Of a DNA stretch of 64,000 nt, positions 51,463 to 61,073 are shown piece by piece. The stretch spans positions 31,519 to 95,518 of the forward strand of contig UQIL01000006.1 in the NCBI GenBank assembly GCA_900541025.1, written 5' to 3'. Numbering within the stretch: the stretch's first letter is position 1; each line of letters starts with the position of its first letter. A model generated the notes under the pieces. The model was given only the letters and a program-made list of their open reading frames with translations, searched no databases and was not told the DNA's origin. This stretch comes from an uncultured Collinsella sp. (GTDB lineage: Bacteria; Actinomycetota; Coriobacteriia; Coriobacteriales; Coriobacteriaceae). A program made the translations under genes and the position numbers.

Positions 51463-52380
51463 CTATTTTCCGAGCGGGGAGAATTCGTCGACGATGAGGT
51501 CGAGGCATTGCGGAAGCGCGCGGGCTCCAAAGACGCCCGAATTGCTGGAGATAATCTCGCCATCGAACTGCATGCCCAGTGACGGGGTGCAGGTGATCTT
51601 GGCTTCCTTGGTTTGGATGATCTTGAACTGCGGGCGGCCGAGTACCTTGCCGGCGGGGTCGAGTGCGGCGGTGATCACAGTCGGTAGAAGCTGCACGGTT
51701 TTTACGGGTTCGATGACCGCAATATCGACCATGCCATCGTTCATGCGGCAGTCGGGGAACAGGTTGATGTCGTTTTGGATGACCGAGGTGTTGCCGGCCA
51801 TGCAGCAGATGCCGTCGAGCTCCTCGACAATGCCGTCATGCTCAATCGTAAAGTGCGCTACCGTAGGATTGGGCGTGGCGAGCGCAGAGAGGAAGTAGGC
51901 GATCTCGCCGATGTCGTTTTTGGTGGGAGCGGCCTTCATCATGATCTCGGCGTCGAAGCCCGAGCCGGCGATGATGATAAAACCGTGGCGCTTCTCGTTG
52001 CCGTTCTCGTCGAGCCAAAAGAGCTCGCCCATGTCCACTTTGACCGTGCGACCGGCGCGGCAAGCCTTGGCAAGCGCCGCTGCCTCGGGGGCATTACCGA
52101 TGTTGTTAAAGAACAGGCAGGCTGTGCCGGAGGGGAAGACGAGCGTGGGGACACCGCACCCGCGCATCTGGTCGAGCACGTTGGAGACGGTGCCGTCGCC
52201 GCCCGAAACGACCACGCGATCAAACTCGCGCACGTCTGCCACGGCGTCCTCGGGCTCCATGCCATCGCCGATAAAGCGCATCACGACCTCGTCGCCGCCC
52301 TGCGCGAGGGCGTGCGTGAATGCGAAGATTTCATCTGAGCTGGGGCCCGATGCCGGGTTGTGGATGATAAGGCAGCGCAT
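51463..52380 (-). CDS. diacylglycerol-kinase-family lipid kinase (YegS/DagK-like)
   Basis: IIHNPASG, the VVSGGDGTV motif, 305 aa. Confidence 0.85.
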   Translation of the reverse strand: MRCLIIHNPASGPSSDEIFAFTHALAQGGDEVVMRFIGDGMEPEDAVADVREFDRVVVSGGDGTVSNVLDQMRGCGVPTLVFPSGTACLFFNNIGNAPEAAALAKACRAGRTVKVDMGELFWLDENGNEKRHGFIIIAGSGFDAEIMMKAAPTKNDIGEIAYFLSALATPNPTVAHFTIEHDGIVEELDGICCMAGNTSVIQNDINLFPDCRMNDGMVDIAVIEPVKTVQLLPTVITAALDPAGKVLGRPQFKIIQTKEAKITCTPSLGMQFDGEIISSNSGVFGARALPQCLDLIVDEFSPLGK

Positions 52381-52478
52381 ACTTACGTTCCCGTTCTGTG
52401 ACTAACCGAGTATAGTTGTAAGGCAATGCCGATATCCTACCCGTGTTTTTCGGGCCTAACCTTATTCGATGGGTTGAT

Positions 52479-53612
52479 ATGTACATTTCCACACATCAGG
52501 CTCTACTCGACTTTTGCCAGCGCGCCCGTGAGTTCGACGCGATTGCCGTCGATACCGAGTTTTTGCGCGAGCGCACATTCCATCCGCGTCTGTGCTTGGT
52601 TCAGATTGCCACCCCTGCCGAGAGTGTAGCGGTCGATCCCCTGGTAATCGACGACCTATCGCCGCTGGCCGAGCTTATGGCCGACGAGAGCGTGACCAAG
52701 GTCTTCCACGCCTGCTCGCAGGATATGGAGGTCATGCTCCATACCGTAGGCGTGCTGCCGCGTCCGATTTTTGACACGCAGGTGGCCGCCGCCTTTTTGG
52801 GCGAGCGTCAGCAGATTTCCTACGGCGCGCTCGTGCAGACGTTTTGCGGCGTCTCATTGCCCAAGACCGAGTCACTGACCGACTGGTCGCGTCGCCCGCT
52901 GACCGATAAGCAGATTGAGTACGCGATCGATGACGTCAAGTATCTGATCGTCGCCTATACCGAGATGATGAGCCGCCTGCGCGAGCTGGGCCGCGTGGAC
53001 TGGGTGCTCGACGAGCTGCGCCCGCTGGCTGACGAGTCGCACTATCGCGCCGATCGCCACGAGGCGTTCCGCAAGGTCAAACGCATCAACTCGTGCAGTC
53101 GTCACCAGCTGGGTATCGCGCGCGAGCTCGCCGCCTGGCGTGAGGACCGCGCCGAGCGCCGCAACATCCCGCGCAAATGGGTCATGTCCGACGACACGCT
53201 GCTTGCGCTCGTTAAACGCAATCCCGTGCGCGTTGAGGAGTTCCGCAGCATTCGCGGTACCGATCAGTTGGGGGAGCGCGACGTGGACGGTGCGCTCATG
53301 GCCATCAAGCGCGGCGCAAGCTGCCCGCACGATCGCCTGCCGCTCATGGTGCGCGGGCATCGCCAGATCTCTCCGGAGTTGGAGAGCGTGACGGATCTCA
53401 TGTACGCGCTCATCCGCCTGGTTGCCGAACGCTCGGGAGTGGCGACCTCGGTCATTGCCTCGCGCGATGACCTGGCCGACTACATTGAGCATCCCGAGCA
53501 GAGCCCCTTGCGCGAAGGCTGGCGCTTTGAGCTTGTGGGCTCGCGCCTGGACGATCTGCTCTCGGGCAACATGGGGTTGACGGTCAAAGATGGCAAAATT
53601 GAATTGCTGTAA
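52479..53612 (+). CDS. rnd: ribonuclease D
   Basis: AVDTEF, H.C.QD, Y...DV exonuclease motifs plus an HRDC region. Start 52479 or 52443. Confidence 0.8.
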   Translation: MYISTHQALLDFCQRAREFDAIAVDTEFLRERTFHPRLCLVQIATPAESVAVDPLVIDDLSPLAELMADESVTKVFHACSQDMEVMLHTVGVLPRPIFDTQVAAAFLGERQQISYGALVQTFCGVSLPKTESLTDWSRRPLTDKQIEYAIDDVKYLIVAYTEMMSRLRELGRVDWVLDELRPLADESHYRADRHEAFRKVKRINSCSRHQLGIARELAAWREDRAERRNIPRKWVMSDDTLLALVKRNPVRVEEFRSIRGTDQLGERDVDGALMAIKRGASCPHDRLPLMVRGHRQISPELESVTDLMYALIRLVAERSGVATSVIASRDDLADYIEHPEQSPLREGWRFELVGSRLDDLLSGNMGLTVKDGKIELL

Positions 53613-53676
53613 GGAAGCCTAGCCGCTTGAGTGGGTAGAATGCCTCCAACGTGTAACTCGATTCGGAGGAATTCGC

Positions 53677-54381
53677 ATGCCTTATTACTATGGATACGGC
53701 TTTGGCATCGACCCGCTGTACCTGCTGGTTGTTCTTGTCTGCACGGTGATTGGCCTTGCCGCACAGAACTATATCAACTCGACGTACAAAACCTGGTCCA
53801 AGGTTCGCTCGGACGGCGACACGGGCGCCACGGTCGCTCGCCGCATGCTCGACGCCAACGGCTGCAACGCCGTGGGTATCAAGGGTGTCGCCGGCGAGCT
53901 CACCGACCATTACAACCCACAGGACAATAACCTGTATCTCTCGGATGCCAACCGTTCGGGCGGGTCGGTCGCAAGCGTTGCCGTCGCCTGCCACGAGGCG
54001 GGCCATGCCGCCCAGCGTCAAAGCGGTTACGCCATGATGAAGGTTCGCACCGCCCTCGTGCCGGTCGTCAACTTTACCCAGAACACCTGGACCATCGTGT
54101 TGCTCTTGGGCCTGTTTATGAACATCGCGGGACTCACGACCCTCGCACTGATCTTCTTCTCGTTTAGCGTGCTGTTCCAACTGGTTACGCTGCCGGTCGA
54201 GATTGATGCCAGCCGCCGCGCCGTGGCGTACATCGAGCAGTCGGGCATGAGCTCCAAGCAGGTCAATGGTGCCAAGAAGGTCCTGACGGCAGCCGCGCTT
54301 ACCTATGTTGCTGCAGCGCTCACTTCGATCATTCAGCTGCTCTACCTGATGGCTCGCTACAACAGAAACTCCAACCGATAA
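53677..54381 (+). CDS. YugP-like putative neutral zinc metallopeptidase (Zn_peptidase_2)
   Basis: HEAGHAAQ motif, TM segments, 234 aa. SD GGAGGA. Confidence 0.85.
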   Translation: MPYYYGYGFGIDPLYLLVVLVCTVIGLAAQNYINSTYKTWSKVRSDGDTGATVARRMLDANGCNAVGIKGVAGELTDHYNPQDNNLYLSDANRSGGSVASVAVACHEAGHAAQRQSGYAMMKVRTALVPVVNFTQNTWTIVLLLGLFMNIAGLTTLALIFFSFSVLFQLVTLPVEIDASRRAVAYIEQSGMSSKQVNGAKKVLTAAALTYVAAALTSIIQLLYLMARYNRNSNR

Positions 54382-54496
54382 CAAATTGGCTTGACAGGCG
54401 CCGCGGAGATTTGTGTCCCCGCGGCGCTGTACTATGTGTTGGACTTGAATTTGCGCAGGGCCGGAGCCCTTGTGCACGATAACGAAAGGAGGCTGC

Positions 54497-55948
54497 GTGG
54501 CAGGCTGGAATCTGACCGGCAATGCCGTTTCCGCCGAGTTCGACGGTTCGGACGAGCAGGAGCGTAAGGAACTCAGCGTGAGCCAGGCGGTGGAGATCGC
54601 CGCCGGCGCGCTCGATGCCATTCCGCAGCTGAGCGTTTTGGGCGAGGTCACGGGCTTCCGTGGCCCCAATGCCCGAAGCGGCCACTGCTACTTTCAGATC
54701 AAGGACGACTCGGCGGCCGTCGACTGCATCATCTGGAAGGGTGCCTATCTCAAGCGCACGTTCGATCTGCGCGACGGCATGCAGGTGAGCTTTAAGGGCA
54801 GCTTCAATCTTTATAAGGCCACGGGCCGCATGAGCTTTGTCGCTCGCTCATTCTCGCTGGCGGGGGAGGGTCTGCTGCGTCAACAAGTGGCGCAACTGGC
54901 CGAAAAGCTGCGTCGCGAGGGCCTGATGGACGAAGCGCGCAAGCGCCGTATTCCGGTGTTCTGCTCCCGCGTGGCGGTCGTCACCTCGCTTTCGGGTGCC
55001 GTAATCGACGACGTCAAGCGCACATTGCGTCGTCGCAACCCGCTCGTCGAGCTCGTCTGCGTGGGCGCCAAGGTTCAAGGTGAGGGTGCGCCGGCTGAGC
55101 TCATTGAGGGCTTGCGCCGCGCCGCCGCCATCACGCCGGCGCCCGACTGTATTTTGCTGGTGCGCGGCGGCGGCTCCTTTGAGGACCTCATGACCTTTAA
55201 CGACGAGGAGCTTGCTCGCGCGGTGGCGGCTTGTCCTGTGCCCGTGGTGACCGGCATTGGCCATGAGCCTGATACCTCGATTTGCGACATGGTGAGCGAC
55301 CGCCGCGCCTCCACGCCCACGGCGGCGGCAGAATCGGTGGCGCCGGCTATGACGGAGTTGGCCGATGTGCTCGAGGCGCGCCATCAGCGTCTGGGTGCCG
55401 CGATGGCATCGATGATTGGGTCGAATCAGGTTGATCTGGAGATGCTCGACCAGCGCGGTCGCCGCGCCTGGGATACCTATACGGCCCGCTTGGGCGATGC
55501 GCTCGATGCGGCTGCGTGCCGCCCGTGCCTCAACGACCCAACGTTTATGGTCGAGCGTCGCGAGTCTGAGCTTGCCCTGACGGCCGATCGCCTGTCGGGC
55601 GCCATAGTACGCTCGGTCGGGACATTCCGCTCCAACTTTGAGCGCCTGCCCGAGCGTCTGGTTGCAAGCACCTCGGGGCTCGATGGCAAGCGCCATGCGC
55701 TCGCGCTTGCGAGTTCCCGTCTGGAGCATCAGGGGCGCACGATGCTCAACAAGCCCGCGTCCGACCTGGGCCGTGCGGCAGCCTCGCTAGATGCCCTGTC
55801 GCCGCTCAAGGTGCTTGCCCGTGGTTATTCCATCGCGTACAGCGATGATGGGGTGGCCACGAGTGCCAAGACCTTTAAGGCCGGTGACGCCATCCGCGTG
55901 CGCATGGCAGACGGCAACGTGACGGCAACGGTCGATACGGTCGAGTAG
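54497..55948 (+). CDS. xseA: exodeoxyribonuclease VII large subunit
   Basis: OB-fold N-terminus (GEVTGFRGPNARSGHCYFQIKD), GRGGGS-like RGGGSFEDL, TGIGHE. GTG 54497 follows AAGGAGG. Confidence 0.85.
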   Translation: MAGWNLTGNAVSAEFDGSDEQERKELSVSQAVEIAAGALDAIPQLSVLGEVTGFRGPNARSGHCYFQIKDDSAAVDCIIWKGAYLKRTFDLRDGMQVSFKGSFNLYKATGRMSFVARSFSLAGEGLLRQQVAQLAEKLRREGLMDEARKRRIPVFCSRVAVVTSLSGAVIDDVKRTLRRRNPLVELVCVGAKVQGEGAPAELIEGLRRAAAITPAPDCILLVRGGGSFEDLMTFNDEELARAVAACPVPVVTGIGHEPDTSICDMVSDRRASTPTAAAESVAPAMTELADVLEARHQRLGAAMASMIGSNQVDLEMLDQRGRRAWDTYTARLGDALDAAACRPCLNDPTFMVERRESELALTADRLSGAIVRSVGTFRSNFERLPERLVASTSGLDGKRHALALASSRLEHQGRTMLNKPASDLGRAAASLDALSPLKVLARGYSIAYSDDGVATSAKTFKAGDAIRVRMADGNVTATVDTVE

Positions 55949-55990
55949 GCCGCGTTTCATAGCGATAAACCTTTAGGAAAGGAAACAGAT

Positions 55991-56257
55991 ATGGCAGAGA
56001 AAACCCCGGTCGAGCAGCTTACGTACAAGCAGGCTTCGCAGGAGTTGGAGCTCATCATCCGCAGCTTGGAGTCGGGCGATATGGAGCTCGAGGAGTCGCT
56101 CGAGAGCTATACCCGCGGCGTCGAGCTCCTCAAGAGCCTGCGCACCCGCCTGTCCGATGCCGAGCAGAAGGTCTCGGTGCTTCTTAAGGACGTCGACGGC
56201 AACGACGTGCTCGCCGACGGCGAAGCCGCCAACACCGACGACAACCTCTCGTTCTAA
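55991..56257 (+). CDS. xseB: exodeoxyribonuclease VII small subunit
   Basis: 88 aa. ELE.II..LE.G...LEESL..Y..G..L pattern. Confidence 0.85.
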   Translation: MAEKTPVEQLTYKQASQELELIIRSLESGDMELEESLESYTRGVELLKSLRTRLSDAEQKVSVLLKDVDGNDVLADGEAANTDDNLSF

Positions 56258-56306
56258 CCATCCCGACCAAATATAATTACCTTGGTCTGTGAGAAAGGAA
56301 CCAACC

Positions 56307-56642
56307 ATGTGCGATTGCATCTTCTGCAAAATTGCCAACCACGAGATCCCCTCGACCGTTGTCTATGAGGACGACCAGGTCATCGCCTTCGACGACCTCA
56401 ATCCCCAGGCGCCGGTCCATACGCTCGTGATCCCCAAAAAGCACTACAGCGATATCGCCGATAACGTGCCGGCCGAGACCATGGGTGCAATGGCTCACGC
56501 CATCCAGGAGGTCGCTAAGGCCAAGGGCTTGGCGGACGGTTTCCGCGTCATCTCCAACAAGGGCGTCAACGCCGGCCAGACCGTCATGCACTTCCATATG
56601 CACGTCCTCGGCGGCAAAAACCTGGGCGAGAACCTCATCTGA
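56307..56642 (+). CDS. HIT-family (histidine triad) nucleotide-binding protein
   Basis: CIFCKI N-terminus and the HFHMHVLGG triad. Confidence 0.85.
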   Translation: MCDCIFCKIANHEIPSTVVYEDDQVIAFDDLNPQAPVHTLVIPKKHYSDIADNVPAETMGAMAHAIQEVAKAKGLADGFRVISNKGVNAGQTVMHFHMHVLGGKNLGENLI

Positions 56643-56702
56643 GGGCGCTTCTTCCTTGCAATGAAACGGAAGCTCAAGCACCGATAACTTATATATCAAC
56701 GC

Positions 56703-56740
56703 AATAAACCCGAGCGCGAGGGCGTTTGGGTTTATTATTG
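56703..56740 (+). terminator. candidate terminator
   Basis: AATAAACCC...GGGTTTATT stem followed by ATT. Confidence 0.45.
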
Positions 56741-56789
56741 AAGCGTATGTAACCTGGCGGCGCCACACCGCCTGTTAGTAGGGAGACAC

Positions 56790-57968
56790 ATGAACGTTCT
56801 GGTCGTCAACGCAGGATCTTCGACCCTTAAGTATCAGGTCATCGATACCAAGTCCCACAAGGTGTCCGCAAAGGGCTCCTGCGAGCGCGTCTGCTTTACC
56901 GGTGGTACCTTCACCCATGCTGCCAGTGGCTCCAAGAAGGTGACCGAGAACATCGAGTTCCCCGACCACAAGGTCGCCATCGAGGTCGTCCTGAAGGACC
57001 TTGAGGCCAACGGCGTCAAGATCGAGGGCATCGGCCACCGTATCGTTCAGGGCGGTTGGTACTTTGGTGATTCCTCCCTCGTCGACGAGGACGTCCTCGC
57101 CAAGATTCGCGAGGTCGCCCCGCTGGCGCCGCTGCACAACAACCCCGAGGCCAACGTTATCGAGTACTGCCTGGAGCAGTATCCCGATCTGCCCAACGTC
57201 ACGGTCTACGACACCGCTTTCCACTTCAACATGCCCGAGGTCGCCAAGACCTACGCCCTTCCCAAGGATGTTTGCGACAAGCTGCACATCCGTAAGTACG
57301 GCGCCCACGGCACCAGCTATCGCTACATCTCCAAGAAGGTCGCCGAGATGACCAACGGCGAGGCCCGCAAGGTCGTCGTGTGCCATATCGGCTCCGGCGC
57401 TTCCCTGTGCGCCATCGAGGACGGCAAGTGCATGGACACCACCATGGGCTTGACGCCGCTCGACGGCGTCATGATGGGCACCCGCTGCGGCTCCATCGAC
57501 CCGGCTACCGTGTGCTACCTGCAGCGCGAGGGTGGCTACACCTTCGACGAGGTCGACGAGATGATGAACAAGAAGTCTGGCCTTTTGGCTGTGACCGGTG
57601 GCAAGACCAACGACTGCCGCAACGTTGAGGAGCTCGCCGCTGCTGGTGACCCCGAGGCTCAGCTCGCCTTCGATATGTTCGTCTACAAGATTGCCGCTAA
57701 GGCCGCCGAGATGGCCACCTCCATGTGCGGCATGGACACCCTGGTCTTTACCGCCGGCATCGGCGAGCACGCTCCGGCCGTTCGCGCTGGCGTGGCCGAT
57801 CGTCTGGCCTTTATGGGCGTCAAGATGGATCACGCCCGTAATGCCCTGCGTGGCGACGGCGCTTGGTGCCTGTCCGCCAAGGATTCCAAGGTCAAGATTT
57901 TCGTCATCCCTACGGATGAGGAGTTCATGATCGCTTCCGACGTCGAGCGCATCGTCAACGGCAAGTAA
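56790..57968 (+). CDS. ackA: acetate kinase, paralog 1
   Basis: MNVLVVNAGSSTLKYQ, GHRIVQGG, YGAHGTS, GTRCGSIDP, PTDEE. 392 aa. Confidence 0.9.
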   Translation: MNVLVVNAGSSTLKYQVIDTKSHKVSAKGSCERVCFTGGTFTHAASGSKKVTENIEFPDHKVAIEVVLKDLEANGVKIEGIGHRIVQGGWYFGDSSLVDEDVLAKIREVAPLAPLHNNPEANVIEYCLEQYPDLPNVTVYDTAFHFNMPEVAKTYALPKDVCDKLHIRKYGAHGTSYRYISKKVAEMTNGEARKVVVCHIGSGASLCAIEDGKCMDTTMGLTPLDGVMMGTRCGSIDPATVCYLQREGGYTFDEVDEMMNKKSGLLAVTGGKTNDCRNVEELAAAGDPEAQLAFDMFVYKIAAKAAEMATSMCGMDTLVFTAGIGEHAPAVRAGVADRLAFMGVKMDHARNALRGDGAWCLSAKDSKVKIFVIPTDEEFMIASDVERIVNGK

Positions 57969-57973
57969 TTGCA

Positions 57974-58018
57974 AGAGGGGAGGGGCTGGACGACCGAGCG
58001 CCGTTCGGCCCCTCTTTT
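57974..58018 (+). terminator. candidate terminator between the two ack genes
   Basis: AGAGGGG...CCCCTCT stem followed by TTTT. Confidence 0.5.
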
Positions 58019-58131
58019 GCGCTCGTTGGGCGATATGCTGATATCTATTTATCAAGATATGATAACTTCTTATTAAAATGCGGCCGCCTTAAGGGGCCTG
58101 CGTCGACCGTATTGCACTGCGAAGGAGTCTC

Positions 58132-59310
58132 ATGAACGTACTTGTTGTCAACGCCGGCAGCTCAAGCCTTAAATATCAGCTTTTGGATACCGATACCCGC
58201 AAGGTTTTCGCCAAGGGCAACTGCGAGCGTATCGGATCGGACATGGGCATCTTTGGCCACTCCGAGAACGGTGGCGCTAAGCAGACCGAGGAGGTCCCTT
58301 TCCCCGATCATCGCTCTGCTATCGCTCGCGTGCTCGAGGAGCTCGAGAAGACCGACTTTACGATTGATGGCATTGGGCATCGTATCGTTCAGGGCGGCTG
58401 GCACTTCGATGATTCCGCGGTTGTCGACGACGAGGTTATGGCCAAGATTCTTGAGGTGGCACCGCTTGCTCCGCTGCACAACTACGGCGAGGCCGCAGCG
58501 ATTGAGTATTGCCGTGAGAAGTATCCGGAGCTGCCCAACGTGGCGGTCTTCGACACCTCGTTCCACATGACCATGCCCGAGGTTTCCTACACCTACGCGC
58601 TGCCCAAGGACGTTTGCGACAAGTACCACGTGCGCAAGTACGGCGCCCACGGCACGAGCCACCGCTATGAGTGGATGATGGCCAAGGAGATCCTGGGTTC
58701 GCGCTGCCACCGCCTGCTTTCGTGCCATCTGGGCAACGGTGCTTCGCTCGCTGCTATCGAGGACGGCGTGTGCCGCGACACCACGATGGGTCTCACGCCG
58801 CTCGATGGCCTGATGATGGGCACCCGTTGTGGTTCCATCGACCCGGCCACCGTGTGCTACCTGCAGCGCGAGGGCGGCTACAGCTACCAGGAAGTCGATG
58901 ACATGATGAACAAGCAGTCTGGTCTGCTTGCCATCTCGGGCATCTCCAACGACGCCCGCGACATCCGCACGCGCGCCTCCGAGGGCGACGAGCGCTGCCT
59001 GCTCGCCTTCGATATGTTCGCCTACAAGGCCATGCAGCAGGCTGGCTCCATGATCGCCTCCATGGCGGGCGTGGACACCATCACCTTTACCGCCGGCATC
59101 GGCGAGAACGACTGGTCGATCCGCAAGGCCTTCTGCGACTGCTTTGAGTGGCTGGGCGTACGCATCGACAACAACAAGAACCGCGAGGCCGTGGGCAACG
59201 GCCCGCAGGTCATCAGCGCCGCCGGTTCCGCCGTCACGGTCATGGTCATCCCCACCGACGAGGAATACATGATCGCCCACGACGTCGAGCGTCTGACCAA
59301 GAACAACTAA
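58132..59310 (+). CDS. acetate/propionate kinase family, paralog 2
   Basis: Same length (392 aa) and the same catalytic motifs as paralog 1. By eye about 60 percent identical. Confidence 0.9.
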   Translation: MNVLVVNAGSSSLKYQLLDTDTRKVFAKGNCERIGSDMGIFGHSENGGAKQTEEVPFPDHRSAIARVLEELEKTDFTIDGIGHRIVQGGWHFDDSAVVDDEVMAKILEVAPLAPLHNYGEAAAIEYCREKYPELPNVAVFDTSFHMTMPEVSYTYALPKDVCDKYHVRKYGAHGTSHRYEWMMAKEILGSRCHRLLSCHLGNGASLAAIEDGVCRDTTMGLTPLDGLMMGTRCGSIDPATVCYLQREGGYSYQEVDDMMNKQSGLLAISGISNDARDIRTRASEGDERCLLAFDMFAYKAMQQAGSMIASMAGVDTITFTAGIGENDWSIRKAFCDCFEWLGVRIDNNKNREAVGNGPQVISAAGSAVTVMVIPTDEEYMIAHDVERLTKNN

Positions 59311-59333
59311 CGCACGTATTTGCAAGTAAACGA

Positions 59334-59369
59334 AAGGCCTCCAGAGCAACAGCTCCGGAGGCCTTTTTT
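59334..59369 (+). terminator. rho-independent terminator
   Basis: AAAGGCCTCCAGAGC-AAC-AGCTCCGGAGGCC followed by TTTTTT. Confidence 0.85.
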
Positions 59370-59719
59370 ACTAGCAGGCGGACGGCGGAAACCCCATCCC
59401 ATTTCGAGCGCAAATACTGGGACACGCCTTCCGGTTGAGGCACGTTGCGGAAAGTGCGACCCACAATAAAGCAAAATTCCGTCCCAAAGTTTCCCAAACA
59501 GGCCCCAAGCGGAAGCCACATCCCACAATCCGCCTCCAAACTGGGATGTAGTTTCCGGCACAACAACCGCCGAAGCCCACCGTCCTTTCAATCTCCAAAG
59601 TGATCATCATCAGCAACGCCTGCGCTCCCAGCAACGGCACCCATCCATTCAGATTTTCAGCTCCAGCTCGTAGCCAAGCCGCCGTCCACCCCGGATTCCC
59701 TGATTGCTACGTGGCGGCA

Positions 59720-59846
59720 GGGACCCTACAGGGTAAAGCTCTGAAAATATTCCGCAGGACGCATGAAACCCCCGCCGCACGAAGTGCGCAGCGGGGGTTT
59801 CATGCATGTCCAAGGACGTTTTCAGAGCTTTACCCTGTAGGGTCCC
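59720..59846. repeat. 127-nt nested inverted repeat (28-bp perfect outer arms, 15-bp perfect inner stem, 5-bp innermost stem)
   Basis: Outer GGGACCCTACAGGGTAAAGCTCTGAAAA (59720-59747) is the reverse complement of 59819-59846. Inner GCATGAAACCCCCGC (59761-59775) pairs with GCGGGGGTTTCATGC (59791-59805). Innermost stem is CGCAC-GAA-GTGCG. Confidence 0.7.
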
Positions 59847-59861
59847 GAGGGGATATGTTCG

Positions 59862-60842
59862 CTACTCAGCCATCTGAGCCTGGACGGCAGTGATGGCCAC
59901 GACACCCACGATGTCGTCGGCAGAGCAGCCGCGCGAAAGGTCGTTGACCGGCTTGGCGATGCCCTGCAGGATGGGGCCGTAAGCGTCGGCGCCGGCGAAG
60001 CGCTGGACCAGCTTGTAGCCGATGTTGCCGGCCTCGAGATCGGGGAACACAAGCACGTTGGCCTTGCCGGCAACGGAGGAGCCGGGGGCCTTAAGCTGGG
60101 CGACGGTGGGAACGATGGCGGCGTCGAGCTGCAGGTCGCCATCGATGGCGAGCTCGGGAGCCTTCTCCTTGCAGAACTTAACGGCCTCCTGGACCTTCTT
60201 GGCGACCTCGCCGCCGGCGGAGCCCATGGTGGAGTAGGAGAGCATGGCCACGTGCGGCTCGACGCTGCCCATAAAGGTGGACCAGGAGTGAGCGGAGGCG
60301 ATGGCGATCTCGGAGAGCTCGTCGGAGGACGGGTTGATGTTGAGGCCGCAGTCGGCGAAGATCAGCGTACCGTCGGTGCCGAACTGCGGGGTGTCGGTGC
60401 ACATCACGAAGAAGGCCGAGACCAGCTTGGTACCCGGGGCGGTCTTAAGGATCTGCAGCGCGGGGCGCAGGGTGTCGGCGGTGGAGTGGCAGGCGCCGGA
60501 GACCAGGCCGTCGGCGTCACCCATCTTGACCATCATGGTGCCAAAGTAGGTGGCGTCCATCACCTGGGCGCGAGCCTGCTCGATGGTGACGCCCTTCTTG
60601 GCGCGGAGCTCGGCAAACTTCTGCGCGTACTCCTCGTGCTTCTCGGCATTGCGCGGATCGATGACGGTGGCGCCGGGAACGCTGATCTCGTCGGGGTTGC
60701 CCAGGATGACGATCTTTGCCAGGCCCTCCTCGATGATCTTGGTGGCCGCGACGATGGTGCGCGGATCCTCGCCCTCGGGCAGGACGATCGTCTTAAGGTC
60801 GGCCTTGGCGGCAGACTTCATACGGTTAAGGAAATCGCTCAT
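59862..60842 (-). CDS. pta: phosphate acetyltransferase
   Basis: 326 aa. IVLPEGEDPR, the SGA.HSTADT motif, PVNDLSRG. Confidence 0.9.
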   Translation of the reverse strand: MSDFLNRMKSAAKADLKTIVLPEGEDPRTIVAATKIIEEGLAKIVILGNPDEISVPGATVIDPRNAEKHEEYAQKFAELRAKKGVTIEQARAQVMDATYFGTMMVKMGDADGLVSGACHSTADTLRPALQILKTAPGTKLVSAFFVMCTDTPQFGTDGTLIFADCGLNINPSSDELSEIAIASAHSWSTFMGSVEPHVAMLSYSTMGSAGGEVAKKVQEAVKFCKEKAPELAIDGDLQLDAAIVPTVAQLKAPGSSVAGKANVLVFPDLEAGNIGYKLVQRFAGADAYGPILQGIAKPVNDLSRGCSADDIVGVVAITAVQAQMAE

Positions 60843-61073
60843 GTTACTCCTTACAAGCGTTTCACTAAGCTCCAGGCGCCCGGCTGTTCACGAATAAACC
60901 CGCTGCTAGCGGGTTTACCTTTCAAATTTGTACGCCGCGGTGCTTGAGCTTTCCTTGTGTGGCAAGCTCATTATAGGACGCATTAGCGCTATAATCGCTC
61001 TGATAAATATGTCTCGAAGAATGTTCGAGAAAAGCCCAGCTAACGAGCCCGTGGCTTTTGACAAGGAGTATCG

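Noticed and set aside
59371-59640. ORFs of 89-106 aa in the ack2-pta spacer (both strands)
   Set aside because: They have no RBS, odd Cys/Trp/Gly-rich composition and mutual overlaps. The region is treated as non-coding or decayed.
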